From assembly GCA_963773065.1 (NCBI GenBank), contig CAVYZN010000019.1, positions 20,894 to 84,893 of the forward strand: a stretch of 64,000 bases of DNA, written 5' to 3'. A program made the translations under genes and the position numbers. Numbering within the stretch: position 1 is the stretch's first letter; the number at the start of each line of letters is the position of its first letter. Shown in pieces: positions 31,138-40,413 of this stretch. Under the pieces are notes generated by a model. That model saw only the letters and a program-made list of their open reading frames with translations, had not been told where the DNA came from and did not search any database. Origin of the DNA: an uncultured Gammaproteobacteria bacterium. Its GTDB lineage: Bacteria > Pseudomonadota > Gammaproteobacteria > UBA9214.

Positions 31138-32829
31138 GTGGAAGCTGCCTGTTTTGATACCTATTATCGCTACGATAAACTCAGCCGGGTGCTGTACAAC
31201 TACGCGGCGCGGCACCCCGGGCTGACCCGGCTGGAGAGCATCGGCAAGAGCTTCGAAGGCCGTGACATCTGGCTGGTCACCATCACCAACTTCGCGACCG
31301 GTGCGGACACGGACAAACCGGCGCTGTGGGTCGATGCCAACATCCACAGCGCGGAGTTGGTGGCCTCGATGGCCGCGCTGCGGCTCATCGAACACCTGCT
31401 GAGCGGGTATGCGGCGGACCCGGACGTGACGCGCTGTCTCGACAGCCGCGCCTTCTATATCTGCCCGCGGGCGAATCCGGACGGGGCCGAATGGGCGCTC
31501 GCGGACATCCCGAAACTGATCCGCTCCAGCACCCGCCCCTACCCGTTCGAGGAAACGCCCGTCGGCGGCCTCGTCACCGAGGACATCGACGGCGACGGGC
31601 GCATCCTGACCATGCGCATCACCGATCCCAACGGCCCCTGGAAGGCGTGCCCGCAGGAACCGCGGCTGCTGGTGCGACGCGACCCGACGGAAACCGGCGG
31701 CGTCTACTACCGGCTCCTGCCGGAAGGCCGGCTGGAAGACTACGACGGCCTCACCATCGGCCTGCGGCCACTGCGGGAAAATCTCGACCTCAACCGCAAC
31801 TTTCCCGGCCGCTGGCGCGGCGAGCACGAGCAGAAGGGGGCCGGTCACTACCCGACCTCCGAGCCCGAAGTGCATGCCCTGGTCGATTTCGTGGCCCGGC
31901 ATCCAAATGTCTGCGCCGGCCTCGCCCTGCACTCCTACAGCGGCGTGCTGCTGCGCCCCTATTCCTACCAGGCGGACGAGGCCATGCCGGTCGAGGACCT
32001 GTGGACGTTTGAAAAAATCGGCGCCGCGGGCAGCGCGCTGACCGGCTACCCCGCCGTGTCCGCCTACCACGAGTTCCGCTATCACCCGCAGCAGGTCATC
32101 ACCGGCGCAATGGATGACTGGCTCTATGAGGAACTCGGCCTGTTTGCATGGACGGTGGAAATCTGGAGCCCGCAACATCAGGCGGGCATCGAGGATTACA
32201 AGTTCATCGACTGGTATCGCGAACATCCGCTCGCCGATGATCTCAAGCTGCTCGCCTGGAGCGACACCACGCTTTCGGGACAGGGCTATGTCGACTGGTA
32301 TGCCTGGGACCATCCGCAACTGGGCGCCATCGAGCTGGGCGGCTGGAATCCGCTGTATTCGTTCTGGAACCCGCCGCCGCATCTGCTGCAACGGGAGGTC
32401 GAGCGGCTGCCCCGCTGGCTGGTCTGGCACAACCTGATCTCCCCGCGCCTGGAGATTCCGCGGTGCGGTTCGGAAGCGTTGTCACCCGACACCTACCGGG
32501 TGTGGTGCGTGGTGCAGAACAGCGGCTGGCTGCCGACCTACGTCACCCGGCATGCCCGCGACAAGAACCTGCTGCGCGGCATCGTATGCGAGATCGAACT
32601 GCCGGAGGGGGCGACGCTGGTCGGCGACCCGCCGCGCCGGGTACTGGGGCAGCTCGAAGGCCGGGCCGGCAAATCCTCTTCGCCCTCGGGCTGGGCCGGT
32701 CAGGCCGCCGACGTGACCGATGATCGCCTCAAGGTGGAATGGCTGGTGCGCGCCGCCGCCGGCATGACGCTGCGCCTGCGCGCAAAACACGAGCGCGCGG
32801 GCGTCGCGGCGACAACCATAACTCTGTAA
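31138..32829 (+). CDS. M14-family zinc carboxypeptidase
   Basis: DANIHSAE, NPDG, DLNRNFP, SEPEV, LHSYSG. Confidence 0.88.
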   Translation: MEAACFDTYYRYDKLSRVLYNYAARHPGLTRLESIGKSFEGRDIWLVTITNFATGADTDKPALWVDANIHSAELVASMAALRLIEHLLSGYAADPDVTRCLDSRAFYICPRANPDGAEWALADIPKLIRSSTRPYPFEETPVGGLVTEDIDGDGRILTMRITDPNGPWKACPQEPRLLVRRDPTETGGVYYRLLPEGRLEDYDGLTIGLRPLRENLDLNRNFPGRWRGEHEQKGAGHYPTSEPEVHALVDFVARHPNVCAGLALHSYSGVLLRPYSYQADEAMPVEDLWTFEKIGAAGSALTGYPAVSAYHEFRYHPQQVITGAMDDWLYEELGLFAWTVEIWSPQHQAGIEDYKFIDWYREHPLADDLKLLAWSDTTLSGQGYVDWYAWDHPQLGAIELGGWNPLYSFWNPPPHLLQREVERLPRWLVWHNLISPRLEIPRCGSEALSPDTYRVWCVVQNSGWLPTYVTRHARDKNLLRGIVCEIELPEGATLVGDPPRRVLGQLEGRAGKSSSPSGWAGQAADVTDDRLKVEWLVRAAAGMTLRLRAKHERAGVAATTITL

Positions 32830-32976
32830 GGCAACGTGCCGCCGCCGGATGGGTGGCATGATCGGAACACGCCTGCGCGGGCGCATTGTTATTTTTATCC
32901 CCAGCATAGCGGGATATTGAACCCCAGTCCGCTACCCTATCCAGCGAAGATACTCACAATCGCCGCGGGTGTGGAT

Positions 32977-33669
32977 CTAATCTTCCGACTGCTGGCTGAC
33001 GGCCTTGATCCCCTTGTAGGGAATGAACAGCCCGCAACCGAAATAGCGGCAGGATCCCAGGCCGTGCTGCTGCAAGCGAAGAGATTCCTCCGCGGCGAGA
33101 TCGGCCACCATCAGGCTGCGGGTGGTGAGCGGACCGTCCGTGGTGTTGATCACGCCGATCCGGCCGGGCAGCATCTTGCGTACCAGGATGCCCAGCCGCT
33201 GCAACTGGTCCGCCGCCGCCTGCAGGAAACCGTCCTCGTCATCCGCGCTCAGCGCCACGTTACGGGAATAGAGCGTGGCGTTCGGCAGCAATGGTCTCAC
33301 GACGGGTGCCGCGGTAACGACCAGGTGCTGTCCGCGCACATCGAGCCGTTGCCCGACCAGCGCTTTAGCGTCGTCCGCGCGGTGGCGCGGAACCCGGATC
33401 ACCAGGCGCGTGCGCTTCGACAGATGCAGCAGATCGTCGGCGCCGGCGGGACGCTCCCAGCCATGCGCGGAGATCGCGACCTGGATCGGGTGCACGCCGG
33501 CGCCCTCCTCATCCGGCAACCAGGACAGCACCTGCGCAACCGCCTGGCCCAACGCATAGTTGTGATCGACCGGCAGATAGTGGCAGTCGATCGGATAGAC
33601 CAGATCGACCACGTCATCCGGCCAACTCACCGTGTCTTTCTTTTTACGTTCTTCCCAGTACATCGTCAT
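32977..33669 (-). CDS. cas6: Orphan Cas6 endoribonuclease (type I-MYXAN Cmx6-like)
   Basis: LPVDHNYAL, GVHPI, LSKRTRLVIRVP, SLRLQQHGLG and C-terminal Gly loop GSCRYFGCGLFIP. Confidence 0.85.
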   Translation of the reverse strand: MTMYWEERKKKDTVSWPDDVVDLVYPIDCHYLPVDHNYALGQAVAQVLSWLPDEEGAGVHPIQVAISAHGWERPAGADDLLHLSKRTRLVIRVPRHRADDAKALVGQRLDVRGQHLVVTAAPVVRPLLPNATLYSRNVALSADDEDGFLQAAADQLQRLGILVRKMLPGRIGVINTTDGPLTTRSLMVADLAAEESLRLQQHGLGSCRYFGCGLFIPYKGIKAVSQQSED

Positions 33670-33696
33670 TCCTGTTTCATAACACGCCCAGGCCGC

Positions 33697-36600
33697 CTAA
33701 TCACTATCCCGCTGCCCCGCCGCGCCCGTGGATTCCGGCCCGGACCTGCCCGGCGGTTGGAAATGGACCGCATGCCACAGGCCGTGGGTGGTGAAACAGG
33801 TCCAGCCCCATTTCAGCCAGCGCAGCAGGGAGAGCGCCAGCCAGAGCGCCCAGGCGAGCATCAGGAAACGATAGAACAGGATCGGCACCGATACGATCCA
33901 GGCTTGCGGCAGGATCTCTCCGGCGCGGTCCTGGTACCAGTTCAGCGCATAGGCCGTCGACTCATTGCCCGCGACCTGCATCTCCGGCAGACCGAGCAGC
34001 CCCGTCTCGACGGCCGAATACAGCATCACCAGGGCAACCAGGGTCAACAGGCCAAGCCCGATCTGGGCGAGATTGAAAACTCTGGTGTCGCGCTCCGGTT
34101 CCAGCCTCGCCCGCAGTCCAAGCGCCAGCAGCCAGCCCACCACGATCAGGCCGACCTGGATGGGGGACTGGCTGAGACCGATGCCGAGCAGAAACCAATG
34201 CCGCATTCTAAGCGGCGTCAGGCCGGTGCGCGCCAGCCCGAAGGACACCAGCACGATGATCGCGATGACGGACCAGTACAAAACCGCCGGCCCCAGTCGC
34301 GGGCCACCGGCCCACAGCAGCCAGCGGTTCTCCCCCAGCGTAAGCGTGATCGAACTGTTGACGCTGGGCGCACCCAGGTCCGCCGCGGGTGTCCTGAAGT
34401 AGTTATTGATACCCGCCGGTTCGCGCCATTGCAGCGCCACGTGCTGCGTACCCGGGGAAACCGGCAGGGTTACGGCGCGCCCCTCCTGGCGGATCGGCTG
34501 GGCCCGATCGTCGATGGTCACCGCCTGGAGCTGTGCTCCTTCCGGGAGTCGCAGCGTGTGCTGTCCTCCCTGGCTGCTGCGCAGGGTGAAACCGAGATCG
34601 ACGTCGGTGGAGCGCATACCGGGGCTGACCTCGATCCGGCTGGCATCGATGGTCAGGGTCGGGCCTTCTCTCGCCTCGGGCCGCGTGATGGCAAGCCGTA
34701 TCTCCTCCCACGGCCAGGGCCGCCATTGCGGCAACCAGGTGCTGTCGCGGTCCTGGTGGTGCGTCACGGCGATCCCGGAGGTGACGACATGCCAGACGGG
34801 GCTGATCTCCGCCTGCCACACCTCGCTCCAGGACAGGGTGTCCGGCGCGCGCAGGGTCAGCACCGGGCGCTTGTCGAGCCTTGAACTCCACCAGAAGACC
34901 TGTTGGCCGGCGGGCAGACTCACCTGCACCTGGCCGTCGTTCACGCGCACGCCTTCGCTGATCACCGCCTCGCCGTCGAGCAGCGGCACTTCCAGCACGA
35001 TGGCGTTGTCGGCCGGCGACAGGCGCACGACGCGCGTCTCCACGCTCCAGTCCAGTCCGAGGTGCAGGGTGCGCTCGACCCGGACAAACGGCGGCAGCGT
35101 GCCCGGCTCCAGTGCGGACAATTCCCCGGCGCCTGCGCCGCTCACCCGTGTGAATTGCAGCGGCCCATCCGCGATGCCACCCTCGTTCAGACCGGCAATG
35201 GCCCAACCTTCTGATTCGATCTCAATCCGGTGCGGTCTCAGCGGCAGCGGCAACTGAAAGGTATCGCGCGGCGGCACGGGACCCGCCAGCGTGAGCTGGT
35301 GGCGGCCGCGCGGCAGTTCGATCCACAACTCGCCCGCGGGTGTGCGGAACAGGGCGGCTGCCGGCGCACCGTCCACCGCCACCTGCGCCGGAAGCCACTG
35401 CCGTGTATCGGCCGGCAAAACCACCGCGGTATCCTCCAGGGCATGTATCTCGATGCGGGCCTGCAGCGACTTCTCGTTCAACACGATCCGCATGAGTGGA
35501 ATCTGGGCGCAGGCGGGCAGGCATCGGGGGGGTTCCAGCAGGCGCGTCTTAAGCTCCTGCAGCAAACCGGTGTCCGGGTAATCAGCCTTGCCGTCGGGCG
35601 GCGCGAGCAGCAACAGGGGCGCAAGGAGCAGTGCACTCGCCACGGCCCCGGTCCGGGACGGCCAGTCGAATCCATGGCCCGGTTTCCAAGACAGCAGGCG
35701 TAACGCCAACGCACTCACCAGCAACACCCGCAGCAGGTTAAGCGCGAGGTTGACCGGGGGTGAGAGCAGCGTGAGATTGAGGGTCTGTCCCCGCTCCACC
35801 GGCCCGTTCCAGCTCAGGCCGACGTACGTCCAGCGCCAGTCCGGCAGGCCCGGCCCGGTCTGTATCCTGGCCTTCGGGTCGATGCTCTCGAATACCGATT
35901 TGGCGTTCGACTTAACCTCCGACACGGCCGCCTCCCCCGACTCGGTCGCCATCTCCTTGCGCAGGACGGGTTCATTCCTGCCGGACGACGCAGGCGCCAG
36001 GGACTGCGCGGGCATCGCCTGATCGTAAACGGCCATCGGGCCGCCGGGGCTCTCCAACTGGGGGTAGATGCCGGTACGGACTTCATCAACCAGGAACGGC
36101 ACCGCGATCACGGCGAGGGCCAGCAGGCCGAGATTGCGGTACCACATTACGGCGGCGCGGAAGCGGTTGGGTGGCAGAACCCGCAGCAGCGCGATGGCCG
36201 CCAGAATGTTGAGCCACACGAAGCGCGGCGCAGCCGGTTCGTGCCAGATGAGCGCCAGTGTCAGCAGCGCCAGCAATCCCCAGGGCCAGCCCCACAGACG
36301 CATCACGGCCAGGGCCCCCATCAACACCAGGAACAGATCCAGCAGGGTCCAACGCTGCAGCCATGTCGTGGTGACCTGATCGACGCCGGTCGCCGCCAGC
36401 AGTTTCCAGCCGGGCGGCAGGTTCAGCGTGGCGCTCACCTGCTGGAAATCGTGGTCCCAGCCCGCGACCGGCAGCGTGCCGGTCGCGCCGTCATAACGAC
36501 TGTCCGCGCTGAGGCGGATGGCGCCGCGGCGCACTTCGACGCCGGCCTCATTCGAGTCGGGCAGGGTCGTGATCAGTTGCGGCATGCCGTCGATGACGAC

Positions 36601-37776
36601 CTGGCCGAGTTGGATGCCAGGCTCGGCCTCCAGGCGCCAGGCGCTCGTCATGCTGCCGGAAATCTCGTCCCGCAGCGTGTAGCCCTTGCCGTCGAAATCG
36701 AGCCACAGGGTGCGGCCAAGTACCAGCCGATCCGGCTCGGGCTCGGGATCGCCGCGCCGGATCACCTTGAAGCGCAGGGTATCATCCGGCAGGACGCGAT
36801 AGGCCGGAAGGTTCCGCCAGTCCGTCGGCAAACGCGTCTGGCTGGGATCGACGGCCGCCAACCCTTCCAGCTCCACGAGGCGCAGGCTGTTGTTCGCCTC
36901 GAAGACCCACACCTCTTCTCCGGGCCACGGGGCGCCCTCGGCCGTGCGGGACAGTTCCGTGACATAGCCACTGGCGCGGGCGGCCACCTCCACCGTCCAG
37001 CGGCCCGGGCGCACCTGCACACGCAGCCGTCCGTCCGGTTCGAGTCGCGCCGGAATCTGGCTGGTGATGCGCAGCGGCAGAAAGCCTTCCAGCAGCGTCT
37101 TGCCGAGGATCACCTCACGCTGCACGCCCGAAACATCCATGTCGATGCGGGTCAGCACCTGCAGCGGGTTGTCATCGACGATGCGGCGAAAGACCTGGAG
37201 TTCGAGGCGGTCCCCGTCCTGTGTCTGATCACCGGCCTGCCGTCCGCGCAGCCACAAGCGGCCATCCCCCTCCAGTTCGGGAAACGCCACCTCCGCCCCG
37301 TCGACGCTCAGCGCGAGCAGTCCCGAAGCCGGCGGTATCTGCAGCGTTTCCGGCAACCGCTCCCACAGGAACTGACCCTCCACGCGGTAGCCGCCCGCCG
37401 GCAACCGGAGGGCGGGCCTACCCTCGTCAAGGCTCACCAATCCGGGTTCGCCATTGACCGTCACCGTCTGCGGCCAGTGTTCGGCATCGCCGGGAAGCTG
37501 GAGCCAGGATTCGGCATAGAGCTGCCACTGCTGCGTGAATCGCCCGCCCGTGTCGTCCAGTTTCAATTCCAGGCGGGCCGGCCAGGCGCAATGGCGCTGC
37601 GGCGCATTGTAGAGAAAGGGACACTGCGCCTGCGGCGTATCGTGCAATACCCAGTCCACCCATGGCCGCAGCGGCTCCGGGACCTGAACCGCCGGGACCT
37701 GAACCGCGGCGCCTGCACGAACGGACTGGAAAGGAATGCAGAGCAGAACCAGCGGAATGAGCCATCGGTGTCGCAT
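33697..37776 (-). CDS. Large (~1360 aa) hypothetical membrane protein with signal peptide
   Basis: MRHRWLIPLVLLC signal; two large beta-rich soluble regions, each followed by TM bundles; GC3-rich codons. Confidence 0.8.
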   Translation of the reverse strand: MRHRWLIPLVLLCIPFQSVRAGAAVQVPAVQVPEPLRPWVDWVLHDTPQAQCPFLYNAPQRHCAWPARLELKLDDTGGRFTQQWQLYAESWLQLPGDAEHWPQTVTVNGEPGLVSLDEGRPALRLPAGGYRVEGQFLWERLPETLQIPPASGLLALSVDGAEVAFPELEGDGRLWLRGRQAGDQTQDGDRLELQVFRRIVDDNPLQVLTRIDMDVSGVQREVILGKTLLEGFLPLRITSQIPARLEPDGRLRVQVRPGRWTVEVAARASGYVTELSRTAEGAPWPGEEVWVFEANNSLRLVELEGLAAVDPSQTRLPTDWRNLPAYRVLPDDTLRFKVIRRGDPEPEPDRLVLGRTLWLDFDGKGYTLRDEISGSMTSAWRLEAEPGIQLGQVVIDGMPQLITTLPDSNEAGVEVRRGAIRLSADSRYDGATGTLPVAGWDHDFQQVSATLNLPPGWKLLAATGVDQVTTTWLQRWTLLDLFLVLMGALAVMRLWGWPWGLLALLTLALIWHEPAAPRFVWLNILAAIALLRVLPPNRFRAAVMWYRNLGLLALAVIAVPFLVDEVRTGIYPQLESPGGPMAVYDQAMPAQSLAPASSGRNEPVLRKEMATESGEAAVSEVKSNAKSVFESIDPKARIQTGPGLPDWRWTYVGLSWNGPVERGQTLNLTLLSPPVNLALNLLRVLLVSALALRLLSWKPGHGFDWPSRTGAVASALLLAPLLLLAPPDGKADYPDTGLLQELKTRLLEPPRCLPACAQIPLMRIVLNEKSLQARIEIHALEDTAVVLPADTRQWLPAQVAVDGAPAAALFRTPAGELWIELPRGRHQLTLAGPVPPRDTFQLPLPLRPHRIEIESEGWAIAGLNEGGIADGPLQFTRVSGAGAGELSALEPGTLPPFVRVERTLHLGLDWSVETRVVRLSPADNAIVLEVPLLDGEAVISEGVRVNDGQVQVSLPAGQQVFWWSSRLDKRPVLTLRAPDTLSWSEVWQAEISPVWHVVTSGIAVTHHQDRDSTWLPQWRPWPWEEIRLAITRPEAREGPTLTIDASRIEVSPGMRSTDVDLGFTLRSSQGGQHTLRLPEGAQLQAVTIDDRAQPIRQEGRAVTLPVSPGTQHVALQWREPAGINNYFRTPAADLGAPSVNSSITLTLGENRWLLWAGGPRLGPAVLYWSVIAIIVLVSFGLARTGLTPLRMRHWFLLGIGLSQSPIQVGLIVVGWLLALGLRARLEPERDTRVFNLAQIGLGLLTLVALVMLYSAVETGLLGLPEMQVAGNESTAYALNWYQDRAGEILPQAWIVSVPILFYRFLMLAWALWLALSLLRWLKWGWTCFTTHGLWHAVHFQPPGRSGPESTGAAGQRDSD

Positions 37777-38081
37777 GCGGAGCCTCGCCTCAAGGATGAA
37801 GGGACGGAAATGTCGGTGCCGCCTGCCGGGGACGCACAGCGAACCCGGGCAGAGCGGGAATCTACCGGATATTCGTCCGGGTGGCCAATCCTGTCTGAGC
37901 GGCATCAGGAAATATATTTCGCGCACGACGGCGGGAGGGACGGTGACGACACCGGCGGCGGGGACCAGGCGACCACCCTCACCAATAAGGTCAGGTGATT
38001 GACAGACAGTGCAGAGCAAGGAATCCGGCAGGAACCGGCCGCGCGGAGATCATGGGCAGCGGCGGTGCTTCCTTGCAAAAT

Positions 38082-38109
38082 TTGAAAATCCCTCTGGGCA
38101 ATATACTAT
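38082..38109 (+). promoter_or_regulatory. Candidate sigma70 promoter facing the cassette site
   Basis: TTGAAA-16 nt-TACTAT in an AT-rich stretch with repeated TGGGCA motifs. Confidence 0.35.
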
Positions 38110-38201
38110 GAACCCGACTTCATGAATCATGGGCAAGAAGAATTTCGGAAATACCCAAATGGAAAAATCCACTTTTTACTATTGGGCAAGCTATTTGTAC
38201 G

Positions 38202-39831
38202 TTAGTCTCTTATGACTTTACTGTTGACAGAAATGGCGAAGAGTTTGTTACTTTGCAGTGGCCAAAGCGGGAACGATACTGAATTCCGTGAGCGAGCAGG
38301 CGGCGGCGATGGCGGCGCGCCCCAAGCGCGTGAGGTAGTAACGATAAGTTCCGGTGACCCGTTTGATCACGCCGAGGGCAAGCAGCCGTTTCAGCTCTCG
38401 CGAGAGCGCAGCCGCCGAGGCGTGGGGCAGCAAAGCCATCAGATCGGCGCGCCGCAGACCGTGGATATTGAACTGCGGACGTTGCAGTGCCCGCAGCAGT
38501 TGCTGCTCGGTGCGCTTGAAGAAGTTCAGGCCCTTGATCGGCCGGTCGCTCTCGCACCGCTCGTCGGTCAGACGCGAGAGCGCGCGCTGTCCGGCGCTGT
38601 GATCGTCCAGCGCGGACAGATACTCCAGGTAGCGGCGATTGCATCCCAGGAGGATCTGGCGCAGATCGATCAGGCTGTAGATGGATTTCTTCAGCGGCGC
38701 CAGTTGCCGCGTGCTGGGTCTATCTCGATGTTCCACCTTGCGGTGGTGCTTGAAGAAGGAGACGTCGTTGACGGTGGTTTCGATGCGCAGCACACGGGCG
38801 TATTTGTCGTACATCTTCACCTGAACCTTGCCCAGGCGATGTTTGATGCAGGTCCCTTCGATGCGGGTGGCAAAGCGGTTGCCGATCTCCTGCGCCAGCG
38901 GCGGGGTGATCTTCTTGCCGAGAAAGGTGGCAATCTGTTCGGCCTTCACCCCCAGCACCGCCTGGCGGGAGAGCTGTTCATACAGGGGCGCCAGCATCTC
39001 TTGGGAGCGGAACACCAGATCGGTAGCGTACTCCACCTGCAGCAGGCTCCAGTGATAGCCTTGCCCGAAGCTCTTGTGCACCGGGCAGCACTGGCGCGCG
39101 TAACGATCCAGGATGCGGTGCAGTTGCTCGGGCTTGAAGCCATCGGCCAACTGTTGCGCGCGCGCGAAGTCATCCAGGCGCACAAAGGCATTGTCCACCT
39201 GGGTAAAGCCGATGCGCCGGGTTTTAAGCTTCTGCGCCAGCCAACCATGGCCGTTGCAATAGAACTGCAATTTGAACGGGCACCAAGTCGGCACCCGCAG
39301 GTAACACAGGCCGACGAGCGGGTCGATGAAGTAAAAATAGTAGTGCAGGCATTTGCCCGTATCGGGCTTGAGGTAGGTCTTGCCGCTCGCCTTGTCATGC
39401 CAGGGCTTGTAGCTTTGACAGGCTTCCATCGCCGAAATGATGTGCACCAGACCCGGATGATCGCCGCGCCGCTCAAGCACCTTGGCGACCACATCTTCCT
39501 TGCGGATGTGGGCTTTGGCGATATGCTCGATCTCGATCCCCGCCGACTGCGCCAGCTCCTGCGCGCGCTCGCGGAGCGCCTCGCGCAAGGGCTCGGCAAA
39601 CCGGGGATAGTCGAAAATCCGAATGCCCCTCGCGTACAAAAACGCCGTCATGCCCTGCGCATAGCAGGCCCCCGGCAACGTGCCCGTCATCACGATGCGG
39701 TCGTAACAGGAGAGCACCCCATGCAACCGATCTGCGTACCGTTCCACCAACGCCTGTGTCATCGTCGCCACCACCGCTTAGCCCGTGCGTACAATACCTC
39801 TTCCTGTTTGGTTCCGGCTATGCCGGCTTAG
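38202..39831 (-). mobile_element. Unclassified insertion element bounded by TTAG, inserted in a GTTAGGC integron core site
   Basis: TTAG at 38202-38205 and 39828-39831; hairpins AGTC-tcttat-GACT and CCGGC-tat-GCCGG next to the ends; removal restores TAC-GTTAGGCGTC-TCC-ATG. Confidence 0.7.
38248..39762 (-). CDS. Putative transposase/Rep-like protein with C-terminal winged HTH
   Basis: LHYYFYFIDP, RVPTWCPF..QFYCNGH, KMYDK..VLRIETTVND; wHTH ..LKRLLALGVIKRVTGTYRYYLT; intact ORF. Confidence 0.75.
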   Translation of the reverse strand: MTQALVERYADRLHGVLSCYDRIVMTGTLPGACYAQGMTAFLYARGIRIFDYPRFAEPLREALRERAQELAQSAGIEIEHIAKAHIRKEDVVAKVLERRGDHPGLVHIISAMEACQSYKPWHDKASGKTYLKPDTGKCLHYYFYFIDPLVGLCYLRVPTWCPFKLQFYCNGHGWLAQKLKTRRIGFTQVDNAFVRLDDFARAQQLADGFKPEQLHRILDRYARQCCPVHKSFGQGYHWSLLQVEYATDLVFRSQEMLAPLYEQLSRQAVLGVKAEQIATFLGKKITPPLAQEIGNRFATRIEGTCIKHRLGKVQVKMYDKYARVLRIETTVNDVSFFKHHRKVEHRDRPSTRQLAPLKKSIYSLIDLRQILLGCNRRYLEYLSALDDHSAGQRALSRLTDERCESDRPIKGLNFFKRTEQQLLRALQRPQFNIHGLRRADLMALLPHASAAALSRELKRLLALGVIKRVTGTYRYYLTRLGRAAIAAACSLTEFSIVPALATAK

Positions 39832-39839
39832 GCGTCTCC

Positions 39840-40413
39840 ATGTCGGCACATAGTCCCGAAGTCGCAAAGAAGTTCTGCCAACTTTGCGATTGGCTTCTTC
39901 AGGTCTGGCAGATGCGGAAGTTCCTGTTCGACGAGAACACCGACGTGGCCGTTCTCAGAAAGCCGAGACATGCGCACTTCTTCTTTCGATTGCAAGAAGT
40001 CCTGCAAGAGAACTGGTTGCATCAGTTGGCCAAGCTTCACGACCCTGCCGTACAAGGTGGCCCGAAGGGGCATATCAATCTCTCCGTTGAGTACATGATT
40101 GAATACGGCCAGTGGGACACTTCGATCAAAGCCGAGTTGCTTTCATTGCAGACGGAGATGCTTCGTCTGGCAAAGCCCATTAAGTACGCACGCAACAAGG
40201 TCCTTTCGCACAACGATCTTGCTATCTTGCTGGCCGATCAAGAACTAGGTGCGTTTGATCCCGGAGAAGACGAGAATCTACTTCGAGGCACTTCGCTCTT
40301 TTGCTTCGGTTGTGTCGGAGCGGGTTCTTGGTGAACCATTCACGTACGATGATCTGGTAGCGAACGATGTCGCCATGTTCATGCACGATTTTCTTCGTGG
40401 CGCCGACGCCTAA
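39840..40413 (+). CDS. HEPN-domain (AbiU2-like) cassette gene (frameshift near 40276)
   Basis: LAKLHDP..NLS, R-X5-H motif RNKVLSHND; lower GC; stop TAA falls within the GCCTAA attC inverse core. Confidence 0.65.

Noticed and set aside
32830-32976. Mini-array or leader downstream of cas6
   Set aside because: No repeated 25-40 bp unit is visible.
6740-37998. Long antisense ORFs (e.g. 6740-8413, 9068-10414, 29638-31065, 32836-34884, 36241-37998)
   Set aside because: Typical stop-poor shadows of high-GC genes on the opposite strand.
38248-39762. MarR-family transcriptional regulator
   Set aside because: Only the last ~70 aa are wHTH; the size and the element-like ends argue for a mobility protein.
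38212-39831. 539-aa plus-strand ORF spanning the element
   Set aside because: It is the antisense shadow of a GC3-rich gene with no recognisable motifs. Its near-coincidence with the element ends was noted but is not evidence of coding.
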